In this document: piece after piece, positions 58,068 to 64,000 of the stretch
Numbering within the stretch: position 1 is the stretch's first letter
Layout of the letters: every line of letters begins with the position of its first letter
DNA from: Minisyncoccia bacterium
GTDB lineage: Bacteria; Patescibacteriota; Minisyncoccia; Phycocordibacterales; UBA5272
Reading direction: 5' to 3'
Assembly: GCA_038256975.1 (NCBI GenBank)
Contig: JBBSJU010000003.1
Location: forward strand, 4,807 to 68,806
Length of the DNA: 64,000 nucleotides
Program-made: the position numbers and the translations under genes
Notes under the pieces: model-generated
Told to the model about the DNA's origin: nothing
The model's database searches: none
The model's input: only the letters and a program-made list of their open reading frames with translations

Positions 58068-58129
58068 ATTTGTATCTCCTTACTATACACGGGTTTATGA
58101 GCGCAGAAAAGACCGCCTACAAAAACAAA

Positions 58130-58158
58130 ACTGCTCCTCTTTGTAGACGAGGAGCAGT
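58130..58158 (-). terminator. Terminator of the orphan gene
   Basis: ACTGCTCCTC-9nt-GAGGAGCAGT followed by TTTGTTTTT on the minus strand. Confidence 0.75.
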
Positions 58159-58177
58159 GTGCAAAAATGAGATAGGT

Positions 58178-58636
58178 TCAGGTCGGCACCCATTCGAACC
58201 CTGAAAAACGAGCTGCGGGATGGCAGTTTCGAAAAACATTGACGAGCGGGTACCAACCTATAGTTATTTCTCGTCCAGTATTACCAAGACCAGGGACATG
58301 AAAAGCGCCCCCTTCAAATTTAACAACAGATTTCCAAAGGAACAGAGTGTCGCCTCCCAGAAAATCACGAATAGGTTTACTGTTAATCTTCGTAATTTCT
58401 TCGCCATCACGAAGATTCAAGCACGTTTTCAGAAGATCACTCCTCTTCAAGTGGGTATACACCTCCGTGCCCGTTGTCTTGCCTTCCCCATATTGTGCCT
58501 CGAGTAGGTATTTTTCTACAGCACTGAATTCATACTCAGACGAACCAGCTGATTCGAGGTCAAGGTGAACCACGACTCGAACGTCTTTGGGGTAGATGGG
58601 CCTGACTAAACGATTAACAACAATGCCGATGTCCAT
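58178..58636 (-). CDS. Orphan 152-aa protein, C-terminus reminiscent of CPR CLec-like variable proteins
   Basis: GGAG RBS before ATG 58636; CLNLRDG.EI, FLWKSVV, VP.L, W.PL...F....PAARF. Family resemblance from memory. Confidence 0.6.
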   Translation of the reverse strand: MDIGIVVNRLVRPIYPKDVRVVVHLDLESAGSSEYEFSAVEKYLLEAQYGEGKTTGTEVYTHLKRSDLLKTCLNLRDGEEITKINSKPIRDFLGGDTLFLWKSVVKFEGGAFHVPGLGNTGREITIGWYPLVNVFRNCHPAARFSGFEWVPT

Positions 58637-58664
58637 GAATATTCTCCGAATTCTTCTGTGGAGC

Positions 58665-58744
58665 TTACTGTGAAATACAGTAATTTGCCACAGCCTCAAA
58701 AATTCAAATTATGGCAGAATTTGAATACTGGAAGCTGTGGCAAA
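58665..58744 (-). promoter_or_regulatory. Long leader hairpins upstream of the orphan gene
   Basis: TTTGCCACAGC..ATTCAAATT-loop-AATTTGAAT..GCTGTGGCAAA (58684-58744) plus TTACTGT/ACAGTAA (58665-58683). Confidence 0.55.
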
Positions 58745-58782
58745 CCTTGAGTTAAAGAACTTTCTATCTTTAAGATACAAGC

Positions 58783-59481
58783 TTATTTATCTTTGTCAAG
58801 AACAGGAAGTTGTAGACACACATACTCTACAAGCATCTTAATGGACGCACCTTGGTCGTATGTATATGGTGTGACTGTGGTAAGAACTTGGACCGCTCCC
58901 TTTCTTTTTTCGGAAGAATACAAACTCTGAAGCACGGCTTGTGTCAGATTATTAAAAAATTCATTCACTTTCTCTTTACTTGGCTTTTGCAGACCTGTTT
59001 TAAGAAGTGTTGTAACTTCTTTTTCTAGAAGCCGAGCATGCGGTGGTAATTGGAGCAACGAATCATCATATATCTTTTCTTTGGCAGGTATGCGATAAAC
59101 AACTGCACGTGAAATAATGGTCGGCAGGAGAACACTCACGTCTTTTACGATTAAAATTATTTGCGTATTGCCGCTTGGTTCTTCAAATGTTTTTAAAAGT
59201 GCGTTTTGAGAAATAATTGGAAAGATTGTTGGTGTCAATACTAAAAGTTTACTCACACGATATTGCGGCATACCATCTGTCCATTCTTTTATTTCTCGTG
59301 CAGTCTCAATGGAGAGAGAATCGACTGCACGCACAGAGATGTCTCCGTGACTTTCTACGTCTATACTTTCTGTATCTTTAAAGAAGTTTGTAATAGATAC
59401 AAAAACGTCCTGTGTATTCCCCACAAGAATAAGTGTCTGGAATGGTTGTTTTAAAATGTGAGCAAGGAGAATGTTCTCCAT
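58783..59481 (-). CDS. holB: DNA polymerase III delta-prime-like protein (short)
   Basis: SIETAREI, SQNALLKTFEEP, LLPTIISR. Confidence 0.8.
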   Translation of the reverse strand: MENILLAHILKQPFQTLILVGNTQDVFVSITNFFKDTESIDVESHGDISVRAVDSLSIETAREIKEWTDGMPQYRVSKLLVLTPTIFPIISQNALLKTFEEPSGNTQIILIVKDVSVLLPTIISRAVVYRIPAKEKIYDDSLLQLPPHARLLEKEVTTLLKTGLQKPSKEKVNEFFNNLTQAVLQSLYSSEKRKGAVQVLTTVTPYTYDQGASIKMLVEYVCLQLPVLDKDK

Positions 59482-59484
59482 ATA

Positions 59485-60498
59485 TTAACGTTTTGCAATA
59501 ATACTCTTCTTATAGAGATCGAGATGGTCAAGTGCGATACCAGTGCCTTTTGCTACACAGTACAATGCGTCTTCAGCCAGCGTTGCCTTCACACCTGTTT
59601 TACGTTCAATAAGAAGTGGTAGATTACGCAAGAGTGAAGATCCTCCAGACATAATAATGCCGTTGTCGATAATGTCTGAGGCAAGCTCAGGAGGAGTTTC
59701 TTGAAAGACATCTTTTATGGCTTTTATAATAAGACGCAGTTCACGTTCAACCGCTTTTACCATTTCATTTGTGGTAATGGTTACGCTTCGAGGAAGGCCT
59801 GTAACATGGTCACGACCTTTGATAGACATACTGAGCTCTTCGTTGAGTGGGAGGGCGCTTCCAACATGAATTTTTATATCCTCGGCTGTTTTGTCGCCAA
59901 TAGCGAGATTATATGTCTTCTTTACGTGATCTACGATTGCTTGGTCTATTTTATTTCCAGCACATTTTACTGATGTTGATGCCACAATGCCACCGAGTGA
60001 GATTACCGCAACGTCTGTGGTTCCCCCACCAATATCTACAATCATTCTTCCTTTTGGTTCATGAATGGGGATGCCGGCACCAATTGCGGCCAAAATAGGC
60101 TCCTTTACTACGTAGGCATTTTTAGCACCTGCTTTTATCGCAGCTTCCACCACCGCACGGCGCTCTGTCGAGGTAATTCCTGCTGGCACTGATACCATCA
60201 CTTCAGGCTTTACAATCACCCATTTGCCGAGCGCCTTATTTATAAAATAACGAAGCATTGCTTCTGTAACTTTGTAGTCTGCAATAACACCGTCTTTCAT
60301 AGGACGATATGCAACGATTGAGTCCGGTGTCTTACCGATCATTTCTTTTGCTTCAAGCCCCACCGCAAGCACCTGCTTCCCTTCTTCAGAAATAGCAACA
60401 ACTGAGGGCTCATTTAATACGACCCCTTTACCCGGTACAAACACAAGTGTGTTGGCAGTTCCCAAATCTATCCCGAGCTTTTTCTTAAAAATTGACAT
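59485..60498 (-). CDS. mreB: Second MreB/Mbl paralogue
   Basis: GIDLGTANT, RPMKDGVIADY, EP.LAAIGAG, DIGGGTT, GGSSLL; follows murA. Confidence 0.93.
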   Translation of the reverse strand: MSIFKKKLGIDLGTANTLVFVPGKGVVLNEPSVVAISEEGKQVLAVGLEAKEMIGKTPDSIVAYRPMKDGVIADYKVTEAMLRYFINKALGKWVIVKPEVMVSVPAGITSTERRAVVEAAIKAGAKNAYVVKEPILAAIGAGIPIHEPKGRMIVDIGGGTTDVAVISLGGIVASTSVKCAGNKIDQAIVDHVKKTYNLAIGDKTAEDIKIHVGSALPLNEELSMSIKGRDHVTGLPRSVTITTNEMVKAVERELRLIIKAIKDVFQETPPELASDIIDNGIIMSGGSSLLRNLPLLIERKTGVKATLAEDALYCVAKGTGIALDHLDLYKKSIIAKR

Positions 60499-60517
60499 AT
60501 TGTGTGAAGAAAGAGAT

Positions 60518-61819
60518 TTACTCGGTGTGCCGTGTTATCGAAAGCCCAATAGCCCGCAAACGTTCATCTAAATTCTCATACCCTCTATCTATATTATACA
60601 CATTCCCAATAGTGGATGTTCCTGTCGCAAGTGCCGCAGCAATAACAAAAGCAATGCCTGCACGAAGATCCGGTGATTGCAATTCTTTAGCACGGAGCAC
60701 TGTCTTGCCACGCACAAGAACTTGAAGCGGATTCATGGTTGTAATGTTTGCTCCCATGTTTTGCAATCCTTCTGTATATCTCAATCGATCTTCAAAGATA
60801 GTTTCCCATACCGTACTTTCACCCTTTGCCTGCGTGAGAGCAACCAGCATTGGAGACTGGAGGTCTGTTGGAAAGCCTGGATACTCGTGTGTTTTTATGT
60901 GCACTGGTTTCAAAATTGTTTTCTCATTTCCAAATACACGCACACTATTTTTAGTTGTTTCAAAACGAACACCCATTTCTTTAATATGCTCAAGAAGTGA
61001 CTCAAAGTGTTCTGGTATACAATTTGCAACAGTCACATCTTTTCCTAGGAGTGCCGCAAGAACGACAAAACTCCCAGCTTCTATGCGGTCAGGAATCGTT
61101 ACATACGCTTTTTTTGCAGTCAACGGTTTTCCGTTTGTACCATAGATTGTGAGCGTTGGCGTACCGATTCCGTCTATCTTCACACCAGAATCTTGTAAAA
61201 AGTTTGCCAGTGAAACCACTTCAGGCTCCATGGCTGCATTTCGTAAAACAGTTTTTCCTTTTGCAAGTGATGCGGCCATTAAAACCGTTTCTGTTCCTGT
61301 AACTGAAGGAATACGAAAATGAATATGTCCCCCAACAAGCCCCTTGGGTGCAGAGATGTGATACCGTTCATTTTTATGGGTAATAGTTGCGCCAAGCTTC
61401 TCATAGGCAGTTAAAAACACATCTATAGGCCTTCCACCAAGTACACAACCTCCTGGGTGCGGAAAAGAAACTTTACCATAGCGCGCAAGAAGAGGTCCGG
61501 TAAAAACAACCGACGCTCGAAATTGCTTTGCAATATCAGTTGGCAAATCAGTTATCATTTTCTTTGGCACTGTGATTGTCACATTCCTTTTATTGTCCGA
61601 ATAATGAGTTGCGCCAAGGGATTCTAAAAGTTCATACGAACGATGCACGTCTTCAATCTCTGGCACATTTGAAATAGAGAGTGGGGTCGCAAACAACGGA
61701 CTTGCTGCGAGCACTTTCAAAACCGCGTTTTTTGCTCCAAATACAGGAATAATCCCTTCTAGTTTTCGTTTTCCCGAAAGCCCTTTAATCTTAAATACCC
61801 CGTGTGTCGAGTCAGTCAT
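60518..61819 (-). CDS. murA: UDP-N-acetylglucosamine 1-carboxyvinyltransferase
   Basis: GAKNA, RAS, PGGCVLGGRP (active-site Cys), PDRIEAG, PGFPTDLQ, DLRAG, IDRGY. ATG 61819. Confidence 0.97.
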   Translation of the reverse strand: MTDSTHGVFKIKGLSGKRKLEGIIPVFGAKNAVLKVLAASPLFATPLSISNVPEIEDVHRSYELLESLGATHYSDNKRNVTITVPKKMITDLPTDIAKQFRASVVFTGPLLARYGKVSFPHPGGCVLGGRPIDVFLTAYEKLGATITHKNERYHISAPKGLVGGHIHFRIPSVTGTETVLMAASLAKGKTVLRNAAMEPEVVSLANFLQDSGVKIDGIGTPTLTIYGTNGKPLTAKKAYVTIPDRIEAGSFVVLAALLGKDVTVANCIPEHFESLLEHIKEMGVRFETTKNSVRVFGNEKTILKPVHIKTHEYPGFPTDLQSPMLVALTQAKGESTVWETIFEDRLRYTEGLQNMGANITTMNPLQVLVRGKTVLRAKELQSPDLRAGIAFVIAAALATGTSTIGNVYNIDRGYENLDERLRAIGLSITRHTE

Positions 61820-61874
61820 ACTAGAGAGCATATCAAAGTTTTGCGTGAGTCCCAAAAATAAGTACAATCGGTGT

Positions 61875-63737
61875 ATGGTACTCCTCCACGTCGCCCTTCT
61901 TACTCATCGAAAAATTCCATCACCGCTCTCATTTTATTCAAAGGATGATGTGTCTGTAGGGGCATTAGTATACGTTACGTTGCGTAAAGAAGAAATGCTT
62001 GGTATCGTTGTCCAAAAAAGTACACTGGCTGAACATAAAGGAGACATTCGCACGCAGACGTTTCAATTAAAAAAAATAAAGAAAAATGACGTTGTTGGAC
62101 ATGTTCCTGAAAAGATTCTTGCCAAGTATATACAGGCGGCAGAAGTGCAAGCTATTCCCTACTCACTTTTTTTTGATGCCGTTATTCCAGAGTCGCTCAA
62201 AAATAATCCTGAGTACGTGCAAAATGCACTCACATACCGACATGAGGAGGGAGAATTAGAGAAAACAATTTCTTACCTTGAAAGCTCTTCTGAGGAACGA
62301 GTCGTGCAATACAAAAGTATTGTGCGTGATATTCTTGCTAAGAAAAGATCCATCCATATCATTGCACCTACAGTTGAACGCGTACTCAAACTTGCATCAT
62401 ATATCGGAAAAGGAATCCAGCACAAAGTAGTTGTACTCCATGGAGAACTCACAAAAAAACAAACTCAGGAAGCTATCACAAAAATATATACTGAGAAAGA
62501 ATATCTGTGTGTCTGCTCAACGCCGCACTTTGCACACATTACCCCAAAAACAATTGATCTCACCATTGTCGACCAGGAATCACATCCGAATTATTATTCT
62601 TTTGATACACCAAGTGTCGACTACATATCACTTTTCAAAACAACGTGGGACACATCACAGGCCAAAACACTTTTTGCAGATACTATTTTACGAATAGAAT
62701 CATACCGAGATTTGGAAGAGAAAAAATACTCTCGGGAATTTTCTATTCACTCACGCTTTTCACACCATGTTCCTATTGAATTATGCACTTTTGAAAAAGA
62801 TGCGCCGTTTAGCACCCTCACAAATCCGGTACGGGAAACAATTACAAAAATGAAGTTATCTGCACACGCATTTTTATATGTTGCTCGCAAAGGAGTCCAC
62901 TCATCTATTCAATGTAGTGATTGTGGTACCGTTGTATTATGTGCCCAGTGCGAAAAGCCAACCACCATTCAAGCGCTTTCGCACAACATACGTGGTTTAC
63001 GTTGTCTCTATTGTGGACACAAAGAAACTTTGCAACAAGATCAAGAAATTATTTGTGGCACATGTGGAAGTTGGAAAATAAAAGGGTACGGAATAACGAC
63101 AAGAACTGTTGCTGAAGAAGTAGAAAAAGTGTTTCCCACTAAAGACGTTTTTGTTCTTGATGGGGACGTTTCGGAAAAAGTGTTCAAAAAAACAATACAT
63201 ACATGGAAAGAATCAGGTGGTATCTTGGTTGGTACCGACGGCGTCCTTCCATATCTTGAACAAAAGTTAGCTGTGGCAGCTATTATTTCGTGTGATTCAT
63301 GGCTTTCGATGCCAGACATAGACACCCATCGAAGGTTGGTGCAAGTGTTGGAACCTATTCTTGAGTACAGCCATAACGCCGTTTTTGTACAAACTCGTAT
63401 TCCAGAAGATCCTCTTTTTGAAATATGTAAAAAAGAAAATATTACCGACTACATTAAAACTGAACTAAAAGAACGTAGGGAGCTCGCTCATGCGCCATAT
63501 ACGACGTTTGTTTTGCTCCGAAAAGAAGGTTCTTTTACTAAAAAAGAAGCTGATTCTCTTGTAGATCTCTTCCCCGCCTGCAAGCCACACATATACAAAG
63601 TACACACTGATATTCGAGTACTTTTGCGAATAACTCACGAACGTTTTATTGAAGACACGGGGCTCCAAAGAAGGCTCCAGGGACTCTATCCGCACGTAAT
63701 CGTAGAGGTAAACCCACAAACCTTATTTAGTAGATAA
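61875..63737 (+). CDS. priA: Primosomal protein N'-like, helicase motifs degenerate
   Basis: N-terminal 3'-binding-like region; RKG...CSDC..CAQC..CLYC..CGTC Zn module; ILVGT, VQTR.P; no Walker A. ATG 61875. Confidence 0.8.
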   Translation: MVLLHVALLTHRKIPSPLSFYSKDDVSVGALVYVTLRKEEMLGIVVQKSTLAEHKGDIRTQTFQLKKIKKNDVVGHVPEKILAKYIQAAEVQAIPYSLFFDAVIPESLKNNPEYVQNALTYRHEEGELEKTISYLESSSEERVVQYKSIVRDILAKKRSIHIIAPTVERVLKLASYIGKGIQHKVVVLHGELTKKQTQEAITKIYTEKEYLCVCSTPHFAHITPKTIDLTIVDQESHPNYYSFDTPSVDYISLFKTTWDTSQAKTLFADTILRIESYRDLEEKKYSREFSIHSRFSHHVPIELCTFEKDAPFSTLTNPVRETITKMKLSAHAFLYVARKGVHSSIQCSDCGTVVLCAQCEKPTTIQALSHNIRGLRCLYCGHKETLQQDQEIICGTCGSWKIKGYGITTRTVAEEVEKVFPTKDVFVLDGDVSEKVFKKTIHTWKESGGILVGTDGVLPYLEQKLAVAAIISCDSWLSMPDIDTHRRLVQVLEPILEYSHNAVFVQTRIPEDPLFEICKKENITDYIKTELKERRELAHAPYTTFVLLRKEGSFTKKEADSLVDLFPACKPHIYKVHTDIRVLLRITHERFIEDTGLQRRLQGLYPHVIVEVNPQTLFSR

Positions 63738-64000
63738 AGATGCGAGACAGGCAGATAAAAGCTCTGTGGGCTGCATACCGATGGCGCGTAGCGTATCTGG
63801 GATTATTTCTTTCGTAAAATCTCGAACTGGCACAGCGTGCATAAGGTACAGTCCCTTTGGTGTGTGTGTAAGCTCAACATGCAGAGTTGGAAAGGTTGAA
63901 TAGTGACCAAAGAGGTTTTCTAATTTTGCAATTATATTTTCTTTAATTTGATGCGAAAGTGAAGATGAAGAAAGTCTAACACCTGAAGGGTGACTTATTT
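63723..64000 (-). CDS. Partial CDS (3' end), possibly a degenerate D-Ala-D-Ala-ligase-like ATP-grasp C-terminus
   Basis: Open frame from the window edge: ...LSHQIKENIIAKLENLF..HVELTHTPKGLYLM..IPDTLRAIGMQPTELL..STK*. Family call is weak. Confidence 0.4.
   Translation of the reverse strand, partial: ISHPSGVRLSSSSLSHQIKENIIAKLENLFGHYSTFPTLHVELTHTPKGLYLMHAVPVRDFTKEIIPDTLRAIGMQPTELLSACLASLSTK

Noticed and set aside
445-63719. Numerous 60-190 aa ORFs antisense to or nested within long genes (e.g. 25001-25573, 54095-54658, 36547-37020)
   Set aside because: Shadow frames of well-supported genes, without RBS, motif or compositional support.
1-64000. Alternative genetic code (UGA=Gly, as in Gracilibacteria/Absconditabacteria)
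   Set aside because: Conserved genes are full length in code 11 and several end at TGA at the expected C-terminus.

Overview
AT-rich bacterial chromosome segment in genetic code 11 (TGA ends leuS, folD and mreC), with most genes on the minus strand. Gene content and style point to Patescibacteria/CPR, probably Parcubacteria (Paceibacteria): truncated alaS and proS, a NUDIX-inserted leuS, a helicase-motif-less priA, two mreB copies and many apparently leaderless genes. This taxonomy is an inference. Core content: translation genes (alaS, mnmA, leuS, ychF, def, fmt, hpf, lysS, proS, frr, greA), uvrA/uvrB, a reduced dcw cluster (mraZ-rsmH-ftsL-like-ftsI-murF), an elongasome operon, murA, murL-murD2, a cell-wall remodelling cluster, a FecR + CHASE2 adenylate cyclase pair, tRNA-Ala(UGC) and tRNA-Glu(CUC). 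Accessory material is small and scattered, and I found no integrase, transposase, CRISPR array or rRNA. The most unusual observations are: (i) sense-antisense-sense 'mirror' copies of a core gene's 3' end at both tRNA-Glu and ychF, each followed by accessory genes; (ii) a convergent PD-(D/E)XK-like nuclease + HEPN pair behind tRNA-Glu, a candidate defence islet with a G-quadruplex-like promoter region; (iii) an unannotated high-GC3 30-aa peptide gene with its own promoter, RBS and terminator; (iv) a 47-aa microprotein in the mreD position; (v) paired DnaA boxes merging with a 10-bp-periodic MraZ-type operator; (vi) a ~140-nt multi-hairpin intergenic element. All functional calls come from motif recognition by eye; no searches were run.
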